From Candidatus Eiseniibacteriota bacterium (lineage in GTDB: Bacteria; Joyebacterota; Joyebacteria; Joyebacterales; Joyebacteraceae): a stretch of 43,145 bases of DNA. The DNA lies in the NCBI GenBank assembly GCA_043819135.1, contig JBDRFG010000119.1, forward strand, positions 1-43,145, read 5' to 3'. Shown one piece after another: positions 1 to 10,200 of this stretch. The position numbers were made by a program, and so were the translations under genes. Every line of letters starts with the position of its first letter. Position 1 is the first letter of the stretch. The notes under the pieces are model-generated. The model was not told the origin of the DNA. It ran no database searches and was given only the letters and a program-made list of their open reading frames with translations.

Positions 1-658
1 CCTCGGTTTCTTCGGCGGGCGGAAGGTGGTCATCATCGGCCACCAGAAGGGGCGCGACACCAAAGAGAACATCCTGAGGAACTTCGGCTCCGCCCACCCC
101 GAGGGCTACAGGAAGGCGCTTCGCCTCATGAATCTGGCCGCGAAGTTCGGCCGCCCGATCGTGTCGTTCGTGGACACGCCCGGAGCGTGGCCCGGCATAG
201 GGGCGGAAGAGCGCGGTCAGGCGGAGGCCATCGCCTTCAACCTGCACGAGATGTCCCGCCTTCCGGTGCCGATCGTTGTGATAGTCATCGGTGAGGGAGG
301 GAGCGGCGGGGCTCTGGGTATTGGCGTCGGCGACAGGGTGCTGATGCTCGAGTATTCCGTCTATTCGGTCATAACGCCCGAGGGATGCGCCTCGATACTG
401 TTCCGGGACGCGGCACGCGCGACCGAGGCTGCGGAGGCCATGAAGATCACGGCTCGGGATCTCCAGGGACTCGGCGTGATAGATGAGATAGTGCCCGAAC
501 CGGGCGGGGGAGCGCACAGGGACCCCGAGAGGACGGCGCGGCACCTCGGTGAGGCGATAGAGCGTCACCTGGCGGAGCTTGAGGAGCTGTCTCCCGCGGA
601 GCTGGTGCGCGGTCGCCTGGAGAAGTTCATGGCCATGGGCGACTACAAGGAGGGGTAG
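1..658 (+). CDS. accA: Acetyl-CoA carboxylase carboxyltransferase alpha subunit (5' truncated by window edge)
   Basis: Motifs [66 protein letters not shown]. The frame stays open to the window start ([17 protein letters not shown]). Confidence 0.97.
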   Translation, partial: LGFFGGRKVVIIGHQKGRDTKENILRNFGSAHPEGYRKALRLMNLAAKFGRPIVSFVDTPGAWPGIGAEERGQAEAIAFNLHEMSRLPVPIVVIVIGEGGSGGALGIGVGDRVLMLEYSVYSVITPEGCASILFRDAARATEAAEAMKITARDLQGLGVIDEIVPEPGGGAHRDPERTARHLGEAIERHLAELEELSPAELVRGRLEKFMAMGDYKEG

Positions 659-661
659 CGG

Positions 662-1093
662 TTGACCGTCATCACCCACCTGGCGGTCGGGGCGGCGGCG
701 GGGTCGTTCACGGACAACGCGGCCGGGGCGGCAGTTCTGGGCCTCCTGAGCCACGTGCCGCTGGACGTCCTCCCGCACTACGAATTCGACAAGATGTGGG
801 TGGAGGTCGCGGCCGTGTCGGCGGTCTTCGTGGCGATGCTCGCCGCGGGGATGGGCCGCACGGGCGTTTTCTGGGGGGCCGTCGGGGCGGTGGTCCCGGA
901 TATCGAGAACCTCCTTTGGAAAACCGGGATCCTGCCGGACGAAAGGAAGATCTTCCCGGGGCATTCGCCCCGTCTATCAAGGATCTTCCCGCACGGCAGG
1001 TCTCTTGGACCCCGCCATGCGCTGACACAGGTCGCGATCGTCTGCGCATCGCTCGTCGTCGTCTTTCTGTCAATGCGCTCGGGCGCGAATTGA
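662..1093 (+). CDS. Small membrane protein, putative metal-dependent hydrolase (YdjM-like His/Asp pattern)
   Basis: TTG start 3 nt after the accA stop; several hydrophobic helices; pattern THL..G, SH..LD.LPH, GA..PD, FPGH, PH. Confidence 0.6.
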   Translation: MTVITHLAVGAAAGSFTDNAAGAAVLGLLSHVPLDVLPHYEFDKMWVEVAAVSAVFVAMLAAGMGRTGVFWGAVGAVVPDIENLLWKTGILPDERKIFPGHSPRLSRIFPHGRSLGPRHALTQVAIVCASLVVVFLSMRSGAN

Positions 1094-1131
1094 CGACGAC
1101 CGCGGGAGCGAACTGACAGGGGAGTAGAGGC

Positions 1132-1590
1132 ATGGAGCTGTCCGCTTTCACCAACACGAAGCTGGTCGATCTGTCGCTGCAGGCTCGCAGCAAGGACGAG
1201 GTCCTCTCGTCGATGGCGAGGCTGATCGCAAAGTCCCGCGACGTTACCGACGGGGCTCAATTCCTGACCGACGTTCTGGCCAGGGAGAAGCTCGTGACCA
1301 CTGGTGTGGGCTACGGGGTGGCGTTTCCCCACGCGAAGAGCACGGCGGTCCGCAAGGTCGTGTTCGCGTTCGCCAGAACGGTCGAGGACGTCCCTTTCGA
1401 CGCTCTTGACTGCAATCCGGTCAGGCTCATATTTCTTATTGGGGCTCCGAGGGAAACCGAGCCGTCCGGGGTCTATCTCAACCTGATGGCACGGCTGTCC
1501 TTCCTGATGAAGGACGAGAGCAACAGGAACGCTCTGCTCGCGGCCGAGACTCCGAAGGCCGTGTTCGAGATCTTCGATTCGGTGAAGTAG
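1132..1590 (+). CDS. PTS EIIA component (fructose/mannitol/Ntr-type EIIA domain)
   Basis: REKLVTTGVGYGVAFPHAK (phospho-His motif), FDALD..PVRLIFL; GGAG RBS upstream. Confidence 0.92.
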   Translation: MELSAFTNTKLVDLSLQARSKDEVLSSMARLIAKSRDVTDGAQFLTDVLAREKLVTTGVGYGVAFPHAKSTAVRKVVFAFARTVEDVPFDALDCNPVRLIFLIGAPRETEPSGVYLNLMARLSFLMKDESNRNALLAAETPKAVFEIFDSVK

Positions 1591-1655
1591 GCCGTCAGTA
1601 GCGGCGGGTTACGCCGTTTCGGGCGCGGTTCGACGTCTCCCTCAAGGATCGACTC

Positions 1656-2126
1656 GTGGGTCTGAAGACCAGAGACTACATGACGACGGACGTGGTGTCG
1701 GTGGGACGGGCGGCCAACGTGGCCGAAATAGTCGCCCTGTTGAAGAAACACCGCATACCCGGCGTCCCTGTTGTGGATGAGGACAAACGCCTCCTCGGCC
1801 TCGTGACGCACGAGGAGCTCATCAATATCTTCATACCGCACTACCTCTCGATGTTCGATGAGCTGGCGTTTCTTGACGACCTCGGTGAGATCGAGGCGCA
1901 GACCATGGCCGAGATCGAACCGACTCTGTTTCTTGCCGAGGACATCATGGCCACAAACCTGATCACCGCCGGCCCGTCGACGTCCATCATGAAGGTCGCC
2001 GCGCTGATGGTGAACAGGAAGCTCGTGCTTGTCCCCGTCGTCGATGAGGACAGACGCGTCGTCGGGGTCCTGAGCAGGAACGACGTGAGTTCCGCGCTGA
2101 CGTGGGCGGCATCGGAGGAGAGTTGA
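1656..2126 (+). CDS. CBS-domain (Bateman pair) protein
   Basis: Two CBS repeats: DYMTTDVVSV...GVPVVDEDKRLLGLVT and EDIMATNLITA...VPVVDEDRRVVGVLSRND. Confidence 0.92.
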   Translation: MGLKTRDYMTTDVVSVGRAANVAEIVALLKKHRIPGVPVVDEDKRLLGLVTHEELINIFIPHYLSMFDELAFLDDLGEIEAQTMAEIEPTLFLAEDIMATNLITAGPSTSIMKVAALMVNRKLVLVPVVDEDRRVVGVLSRNDVSSALTWAASEES

Positions 2127-5100
2127 TGGCACGGAGACACATGCCGGCCATGGGGGCGGCGCTCGTTGCCGTCCTTCTGATTTCTGGCGCTCTCGCAACC
2201 GGACCGAGGGTGGTGTCCTCGAGCGAGGAGGGCATCGTCCTGACGTACACGCCCGGCAGCGTCGCGCACCGTCTGACGGTGATCGGCGACAGCGCGTACA
2301 CGGCTCTTGATATCGAGGGCGCTGACGCGATGGGTGTTCCCGGCGCCCCCGACGTGCCCGTCGTGCGCCTGACGCTCGCTGTGCCGGACTGCCGCGACGT
2401 AGAACTCACCGTCTCCGCGAGCGGCCGTTCAACCGTGCGCGGTGTCAGGGTCATTCCCGCGCTCTCCACGGTCGAGGTGGAAGAGGGCGAGGTCAGCAGA
2501 TACGAGTACGCCGAGGGCGACCAATACGCGCGTGGTGGCCTCTGGCCTCCATCCGTTGCGTCGATGACCGAGCCCCGTTGGCTGTCCAGACAGAGAGTGG
2601 TACACATAGAACTCCATCCGTGCCAGGTCGACCCGGTGGAGGGCACGATCGTCTCACACGGGACGATCGAGGTAAGGCTCTCGTTCCACGGAGTGCGGGC
2701 GCACAGGCCGCCCCGAAGCACGTCCGAGCGGTGGGAGCGGCTCTATCGGTCAGTCCTCGCCAACTACGAGAGCGGCAGAGCGTGGCGGACCCTTCCCGTC
2801 GCGGCGAAGGGACGTCCGGACGAGTATTTCGACACGTCCGCCAACTGGCTCAAGCTCACGATCGACAGAGCCGGCATTTACGACGTCGGGCACGATGACC
2901 TGACGGCGGCGGGCGTCGACCCTGCCACGGTCGACCCTGCCTCGATCCGCGTGTTCACCGGGACAGGGCTGGAGCTTCCTCCGGATGTCACCGAGCCGCG
3001 GCCCGACTGGATGGACGAGTGCACGATCAGTGTGGCCGGAGGCGACGACGGCGTGTTCGACGAGAGCGACCGCGTGGTCTTCTACGCCCTGGGCGTCGAC
3101 GCGTGGTCAGACGAGCTCTCGCTCGATTCCCCGGACGAGGCTTACTACGAGAATCGCTTCGCGGGCTCGGCCGTATACTGGCTGACCTGGGAGAGCGACG
3201 GGACTCCCTTCGCCGCTCCGCCTCTCAGAATGGCGGACGACGACCTTCAGGACGACCCCGACCCCTTGTCTGTCACCGACTACCGGGCAAGGGTTCACTA
3301 CGAGGAGAACTTGTACGATTTTCTGGGGCGCGGTGACAACTTCTACATGTACGAGATGAAGCAGCGCTCGCCCGAGCACCGCCTCTTCCACGAGAGGCTC
3401 ACGCACGTCGTCACGGATTCCACAGGACGTCTCAGAGCCCGTGTGGACGGTAACTCCACCATCTACTTGGTGAACCCGGACCACGTGGTCCACTTCTACC
3501 TGAACGACATCGAGGCCTACATAGGAGAATGGGAAGGCCGCTCGACGCTCGTCTTCGAATCGGACGGTCTCCCGTTCAGGGACTATCTGCCCCTGGAGCC
3601 GGGGTCCGACTACAACACGTTCGACGTCTTCGTCCTCAGAGCGGACGAGGACCACGAGATGGACAACGTCATCATAGACTGGTTCGAGTTCGAGTACTGG
3701 CGAGAGCTCTGGGCCGACCTGGACTCCGAGGACGGCGTTGACGACGACCAGCTGGCGTTCGGGAGTTCCGGGCGGACCGGCGTGCTCGAATACTCTCTGG
3801 GCGGTTTCGAGACTGATGATGTCTCCGTGTTCAAGATCGTCGACCGCAACACGGTTCTCAGCGTCCCCGGGGTCTCGACGTCCGAGTCGTCCCGGGGCTT
3901 CGGAGCGACGTTCCAGGACGACGTGGCCGACACGACGTCGTACATCGCCGTCTCGGACGGCGGGTATCTCGTACCCGGTGTCGAACGATACGTTCACGCC
4001 GGACTCCGCGCGGATACCGAGTTCGACTACGTCATGGTCGTCTACGACGGGTTCTACGACGAGGCGCTGAGGCTCAAGAGCCACAGGGAGAGCGCCGTCG
4101 GCGGCGGCTACGACGTCCGCCTGGTCAGGCTGTCTGACGTCTACAGCGAGTTCTCCTGGGGCGTCGCCGATCCGGCGGCCATCAGGGATTACCTGAAGTA
4201 CCTCTCCGACAAGGCCGTCGTGCCTCCGACGCACGCCCTTCTCGTGGGCGACGCCACGTTCGACTACCGCCACTACCTGACTACGGGCATCGACTGCTTC
4301 GTCCCGACGTACTACACCGGAGGATCGTTGTACTGGCCCACTGATTTCTGGTTCGTCGGTTTCGACGCCGTCACCCAGTACGAGCCGGGAATGGCCCTTG
4401 GCAGGCTGTCAGTCCGATCTTCGAACGAGCTCTCCACGATCATCGACAAGATCGAGCGGTACGAGACCGAGACCGTGCAGGGGATCTGGAAGAACACCGT
4501 GGTCCTTGTGGGTGACGACGAGTGGCGCGACAACCAGGGCGACGTCAATCCGATCTTCGAGTACTCGCACACCGAGCAGGCCGAGCAGATAAGCCGGGAC
4601 ATTCTGCCCTGGCCGTTCGACAGGCGGAAGATCTATCTCATGGAATACGAGTTCGACGCCGCGTGGCACAAGCCGGGCGCCCGAACGGACCTGCTCAAGG
4701 CGTGGAGCGACGGCGCGCTCATTCTCAACTACACGGGACACGGCAACGAACTCCTGATGGCTCACGAACTCATCTTCCTTGTTGACGATATTCCGACGCT
4801 CAAGAACATCGACAGGCTGCCTCTCTTCTTCGCCGCGTCGTGCAGACTCAACAAGTTCGACATGCCGAATTCCGATTCCGTCGGCGAGCTCCTGGTCAAG
4901 TCGCCCGTGGGAGGGTCGATAGCGTCCATAGGCAGCACGAGGGACTCGGGCTCAGGCTACAACTCGGCGCTGAACAGGAGCTTCCTCAGGAAAACGTTCG
5001 GCGAGCAGAGGGACGCTCCGACGGCATATCTCGACTTCGGGCAGGCCTTGCAGGCCGGGTTCATCGAGTCGGCGGCGCACTATTCCATATGGGTCAACAA

Positions 5101-6175
5101 CACCAAGTTCGCGCTGGTGGGCGATCCCGCAACGACCTTCGTGTCGCCCGGCGGTTGGGGAGAGATAGAAGAGGAAGGCGTGTCGCCCATGCGCAGGCGT
5201 GATCACGTTACGGCCACCGGCCACAACGCGGGCTCGACCGCGGATGAGAGCGGTGTCGCGCTGGTCCGCGTGTGTGACACGTCCGACACCAGCGGCTACG
5301 TCCAGCCACAGTCCCAGTACCGGGTTCGGTATCATCTGCCGGGCGAGGTCGTCTTCGAAGGGGCCGCCGTCGTCAGCGACGGCGACTTCACGAGCGAGTT
5401 CGTCGTGTCAGCGCTTGCCGAGGAAGGGCCGTACGGCCGTGTCCGTGCCTACTTCTACGACGGGGAGAACGACGGATCGTTCTCACTCGAAGAAGTGACG
5501 ATCGCCGACAGCGTCGAGGTGTCGGACATGAGCGGGCCCGACATCTCCCTGTTGTTTGAGGGCGGAGGAACGTCCGTCCTGCCGGGTGATGAGCTGGAGG
5601 TCCGGCTGTCGGACGAAAACGGGATCAACCTGGTCAACCGCGACCCGGGAGACGGCATAGTCCTCCTGGTCAATGGGGGAGAGGATTCGACGGACGTCAC
5701 CAACCAGTTCGTGTACGACCTCGGGAGCTTCCGCGAAGGTGCCATCATCTACCCGCTGCCGTCACTGGGGTTCGGGAACCACACCGTCTCGGTCGCCGCG
5801 CGTGACAACATGGGCAACCGGTCGTCCAGGAGTCTCCAGTTCGAGATCGTGGCGTCCGCTGAGTTCACGATCCGCAACGTGGCGAATCACCCGAATCCGT
5901 TCCCGAACGGGGGGGACCTGGGAACCTACATCATGTTTCAGATCCCCGTGAGCGCTGACGTGACCATCGACATCTTCACGGTGGGCGGGCGGCGGCTGCG
6001 ACACATCGGTGATGTGGCCGGCACGGCGGGCGCCAACGAGGTCTACTGGAACGGTCGTGACGCCGAGGGCGACGAGCTGGCCAACGGGGTTTACCTGTAC
6101 AGGATCCACGCGGTGTCGAACGAGTACCGCGGAGACAAGGCAGAGGTAATCGGTAGAGCCGTGATAATGAGGTAG
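2126..6175 (+). CDS. porU: PorU-like type IX secretion sortase / gingipain-family C25 cysteine peptidase with propeptide and C-terminal FlgD-Ig/T9SS-type domain
   Basis: ATG 2126 overlaps the CBS stop (TGATG) with GGAGG RBS; signal peptide; C25 propeptide-like GAPDVPVVRLTLAVP; VYSEFSWG..DP.AIRDYL, LLVGDATFDY, LGRL; catalytic NYTGHG (~4727-4744) and AASC (~4841); GDP end of catalytic domain; CTD HPNPF...IFTVGGR...WNGRD..G..LANGVYLYRI. Lies directly upstream of porV. Confidence 0.88.
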   Translation: MARRHMPAMGAALVAVLLISGALATGPRVVSSSEEGIVLTYTPGSVAHRLTVIGDSAYTALDIEGADAMGVPGAPDVPVVRLTLAVPDCRDVELTVSASGRSTVRGVRVIPALSTVEVEEGEVSRYEYAEGDQYARGGLWPPSVASMTEPRWLSRQRVVHIELHPCQVDPVEGTIVSHGTIEVRLSFHGVRAHRPPRSTSERWERLYRSVLANYESGRAWRTLPVAAKGRPDEYFDTSANWLKLTIDRAGIYDVGHDDLTAAGVDPATVDPASIRVFTGTGLELPPDVTEPRPDWMDECTISVAGGDDGVFDESDRVVFYALGVDAWSDELSLDSPDEAYYENRFAGSAVYWLTWESDGTPFAAPPLRMADDDLQDDPDPLSVTDYRARVHYEENLYDFLGRGDNFYMYEMKQRSPEHRLFHERLTHVVTDSTGRLRARVDGNSTIYLVNPDHVVHFYLNDIEAYIGEWEGRSTLVFESDGLPFRDYLPLEPGSDYNTFDVFVLRADEDHEMDNVIIDWFEFEYWRELWADLDSEDGVDDDQLAFGSSGRTGVLEYSLGGFETDDVSVFKIVDRNTVLSVPGVSTSESSRGFGATFQDDVADTTSYIAVSDGGYLVPGVERYVHAGLRADTEFDYVMVVYDGFYDEALRLKSHRESAVGGGYDVRLVRLSDVYSEFSWGVADPAAIRDYLKYLSDKAVVPPTHALLVGDATFDYRHYLTTGIDCFVPTYYTGGSLYWPTDFWFVGFDAVTQYEPGMALGRLSVRSSNELSTIIDKIERYETETVQGIWKNTVVLVGDDEWRDNQGDVNPIFEYSHTEQAEQISRDILPWPFDRRKIYLMEYEFDAAWHKPGARTDLLKAWSDGALILNYTGHGNELLMAHELIFLVDDIPTLKNIDRLPLFFAASCRLNKFDMPNSDSVGELLVKSPVGGSIASIGSTRDSGSGYNSALNRSFLRKTFGEQRDAPTAYLDFGQALQAGFIESAAHYSIWVNNTKFALVGDPATTFVSPGGWGEIEEEGVSPMRRRDHVTATGHNAGSTADESGVALVRVCDTSDTSGYVQPQSQYRVRYHLPGEVVFEGAAVVSDGDFTSEFVVSALAEEGPYGRVRAYFYDGENDGSFSLEEVTIADSVEVSDMSGPDISLLFEGGGTSVLPGDELEVRLSDENGINLVNRDPGDGIVLLVNGGEDSTDVTNQFVYDLGSFREGAIIYPLPSLGFGNHTVSVAARDNMGNRSSRSLQFEIVASAEFTIRNVANHPNPFPNGGDLGTYIMFQIPVSADVTIDIFTVGGRRLRHIGDVAGTAGANEVYWNGRDAEGDELANGVYLYRIHAVSNEYRGDKAEVIGRAVIMR

Positions 6176-6241
6176 CCTTGTGTGGCCGTCCGACGAGCCG
6201 GACCGCCCGGCAGGCTGCCGTTGAAAGGGGACATGGACGCA

Positions 6242-7228
6242 ATGACAAGAAAGAGACTGCCGATCGCACTGGTTTTGGTCGCGCTCTTCGCGCTGCCCGC
6301 CGCCGCCCAGGTGTCAATCGGCGGAGCGCAGTCGCTCTACATCCAACCGGGCGGACGCCCGGCGGGGATGGGTGACGCCTTCGTATCGATAGTCAACGAC
6401 GCAAGCGCCTGCTGGTGGAATCCCGCCGGCCTCGCTTTCCTCGAGCAGACGTACAACGTGTCGCTGATGCACTCACGACTGGTTCCGGACTGGGAAGACG
6501 TCTACTACGAGTACGCCGCGTACGCGCAGAAGATCGAGGGGCTGGGTACCATCGGGGGGTCGCTCATCTATCTGACCTACGGCGAGCAGCAGGCCACCAC
6601 GCCTGAAGACTCGACTCCCTTCGCCACCTTCCATTCCTACGAGGTCATACCCTCGATCGCCTACGGGGCCATGCTGGGGGACAACATAGGTATCGGCATC
6701 AACCTCAAGTTCATCTACGTGGACCTGGCGCCCGCGGAGGTCACGGTCGAGGGGCAGGACGGTTCCGGAGCGACCTTCGCCGCCGACTTCGGCGCGCTGT
6801 GGCGACTGATGGACGGCAAATGGAACGTGGGCGGTGCGGTGCAGCATGTCGGTCCCAAGATCGCGTACATTGACGAAGAACAAAAGGACCCGCTGCCCAG
6901 GAATCTCAAGGTGGGAACGTCTTACAGGCTTATCTCCGACGAGATGAACGAGCTGACCGTCTCGGCCGACTTCAACAAGTCGCTCGTCATCGTAGAGGAC
7001 ATCACGGACCCGACTCTCGGAGTCGTACTGAACGTCGGCGCGGAGTACCGTTACTACGACCTCTTCGCGCTTCGTGGAGGGTACGTCTACGACGAGGACG
7101 GCGATGTCAAGGACTTCTCGTTCGGCATGGGGCTCAGCTACAGGAATTTCTCATTCGACATCGCCCAAGTACCGCAGCACAAAGACTTATCGCGACCGTT
7201 CAGATTCTCGATGACGGCGGCGTTCTAG
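6242..7228 (+). CDS. porV: PorV/PorQ-family outer-membrane beta-barrel (T9SS shuttle-like)
   Basis: Signal peptide; L.I.PGGRPAGMGDAFVSI.NDASA.WWNPAGLAF signature; GPKI.Y, DPLP.NL..G, GAEY.Y...FALRGGY; C-terminal Phe. Start 6242 (or 6233) chosen from the AAGGGGA RBS. Confidence 0.88.
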   Translation: MTRKRLPIALVLVALFALPAAAQVSIGGAQSLYIQPGGRPAGMGDAFVSIVNDASACWWNPAGLAFLEQTYNVSLMHSRLVPDWEDVYYEYAAYAQKIEGLGTIGGSLIYLTYGEQQATTPEDSTPFATFHSYEVIPSIAYGAMLGDNIGIGINLKFIYVDLAPAEVTVEGQDGSGATFAADFGALWRLMDGKWNVGGAVQHVGPKIAYIDEEQKDPLPRNLKVGTSYRLISDEMNELTVSADFNKSLVIVEDITDPTLGVVLNVGAEYRYYDLFALRGGYVYDEDGDVKDFSFGMGLSYRNFSFDIAQVPQHKDLSRPFRFSMTAAF

Positions 7229-7277
7229 CAGACGCCGCGCGGGCGCGGTACGAATCTGAGAGAGGTGTGATCCCACA

Positions 7278-10200
7278 ATGACCCGTACCCGTAACCTCGA
7301 GTTCCGCGCGGTGACGGCGCTGGCGGTCGTTGCAGCTATTGCGCTCGCGCCGCCCGCCTTCGGCGGCGACAAGCTCATCTGTCGCAAGGGCGAGCCTCCG
7401 GCCGGCGCAGCCGTCCACGGGGCCCCCAAGATCTTCGCTGACGAGGTTCCGGAAGTCGGCGCGGTCGAACTCGCGGCCTCGCGCGGGCGCAGTCGCGACG
7501 GCAGGACCACCGTCCGGCTTCTGGCCCTTCGCGTGGCCTTTCTCCCGGACAGCGATTCCCGCAGCACCGGCAACGGCGGGTTCAACCTCTCGGAGTGGGA
7601 CGGGGCGACCTTCGACGGACCTCCACACGACCGCGAGTATTTCGAACTCCACATGACGGCGCTCGCCAACTACTATGCGTCGGTCTCCTACGACAACCTC
7701 GCTATCGAGTTCGACGTCTTCCCGGCGGCTCCGGAGTCGGCCTACGTGCTCCAGCACGACATGGGCTACTACCACGACTACTCGGAGGCGCAGGTCTGGT
7801 ACGTGAGCCAGGTGGAAGCGTTCACCAGGGACGCCTTCGCCGCGGCCGACACGACCGACTCGATCGACTTCTCGCAGTACGACGGCTACGTGCTGTTCCA
7901 CGCGGGCGCCGACTGGCAGAGCGACATCAATCTCGATTCCCCGTTCGATCTCCCGTCCGCGCACATCATGCTCGGCGAGCCGATTCTCGTGAACGGCGGC
8001 GCCACGGAAGTGTGGGGCGCGGCGATAATGCCGGAGACGTCCAGCCAGGACGGGTTGGCCATGGTCCTGAACGGGACGCTCGCCCACGAGGTGGGACATA
8101 TTCTCGGCCTGCCCGACCTATACAACACCTCCAACTTCTTCCCGGCCATCGGCATGTGGGGGATCATGGATTCGGGGGGCAGCATCGGCATGAACACGGC
8201 TTGGGGATGGGCCTACGGGCTGATACCCGCGTCACCGTGCGCGTGGTCGAAGGAGTACATGGGGTGGCTCGACCCCGTCGTGCTTCTGGGCGACACCGAC
8301 AACGTCCGCGTCACGGCGACCGAACTCAGGAGGCCCGGGTTCCGGCTCTTCAAGATACCCATTACGAGTGACGAGTACTTCCTCATCGAGAACCGACTGG
8401 ATGACATCGGACATGACCTGACCGTTGTGATCGAGCAGGAGCGCGGCGTCGTGCTGGGTCCGGTCGACCCCGACTGCGTGGATCCCATCTGCCCCGTTAA
8501 TCACGAGTACGACTTCCTGCTGCCCGGGCCGGGCATGCTCATCTACCACATCGACGACACGCGGGTCAAACCGGGGCTGATGCCCTGGGACACGGTCAAC
8601 GCCGACCGCCACAGGCTCGGTGTCGCCGTCGAAGAGGCCGACGGCATCATGGACCTCGGGAACATCATGAGCTTCTACTGGTCGGGGAGCAGATACGACC
8701 CGTTCTTCGCCGAGAACAACGGGACCTTCTCGTGGGACACCTACCCCTCGACCGACACCAACATGGGGGGCAAGACGTACGTCACGGTGGACAACATCTC
8801 CGACCCCGGAGACGTCATGACCATGGACGTCCGGTTCGACAGGTGGAAGGACGGGTGGCCCACCGACCTTGAGGAGCCGCTAGGCTCGATGACGCCCCGC
8901 GTCGCCGACATCGACGGTGACGGCGACGGCGAGGTCATCGTGGCGACGAGGAGTGGCGCCGTGTACGCGTGGCATCACGACGGTACGTCGGTCATCCCGA
9001 CGTGCGGCGTGTCCGGTCGCTTCGCGGTCGTACCGGGCGGCATAACACGCTCGCCATCGGCGGCCGACCTCGACGGCGACGGCGACGCGGAGGTCATCGT
9101 CGCCTCCGCGGCCGGCTCTCTGTACGTCTGGGATCACACGGACGACGACACCGACGGCTACGCCGATCTGCACTCGGCCGGCTACCCGCTCGCGCTGGAC
9201 GGACCCGCCAGCTCGGCGCCGGTCGTCTCCGACTTCGATGAAGCAGAGGGGTTAGAGATCGCCGTAGCTTCCGCGGGGGGAGACCTCACCGTCGTGGACG
9301 GCGAGGGGGTGCACCTGGGCTCCTCGCCCTATTCGTTCGGGCACCTGGTTCTTGAGGACGTGTGCGTGGCGGCCGGGGACCTGGACGGCGACGGACTCTC
9401 GGAGATCGTGACGTCAACCACCAACCGCGGATGGGTCGCGGCTCTGAACGCCGACGGAAGCTCCGTCGATGGATGGCCCGTCGTCGTCGATTCGTGGGAG
9501 CAAGAGACGGCGCAGATCGTCATCGGGGACATCGACCGCGCGCCCGACGCCTCTCCGGAGGTAATCGTAGTGGGTTCGGGCGGGGCGGTTCATGTGTGGG
9601 ACAGCTCCGGAAGTGAACTCCCGGGATGGCCGATCGACCTTGGCAGGAGAGTCGGCGCCCGTCCGTCGCTCGGCGATCTGGACGGAGACGGGTATGTCGA
9701 GATAGTTATTCCCGCCGGTCCGTCGCGCGTCGAGGGATTGCGGGCCAACGGCACGCGCGTCGAGAACTGGCCTCTCGTGACCGACGGAGGGGACAGCACG
9801 CGTCCGGCTGGCGCGTCGGCGCTGATCGGTGACATGGACGGGGACGGCGCGCTCGACGTGCTGTCGGCCGGTCCGGGCGGAAGCATGTTCCTCTACAACG
9901 CCGTCAGCGGGAAGCTGACTCCCGGGTGGCCGTACTCGTCAGACCCCTCGCTCGGCACGCCGTGGGCGGGCGACATCGACGACGACGGGCAGCTGGACAT
10001 CCTGATCGCGGGCGCCTCGGGGCGCGTTCTACTGATGGGGCTGCCTTACGCGCACGAGGACGGCGCCATGGTCTGGTCGACCGAAGGCGGGAGCGCGTCC
10101 GGAACGGGAACCTACCCCGACTCGATCCTGCCGGGCACTCCCGTCGCGACGGGGGAGCTCCTGTCGCCTGCGCGGACGTACTGCTACCCCAATCCTGCCG

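Noticed and set aside
8900..10040. DNA-level repeats (gacctcgacggcgacggc-like) as a CRISPR or mobile repeat
   Set aside because: They are degenerate and in frame, and are explained by FG-GAP protein repeats.
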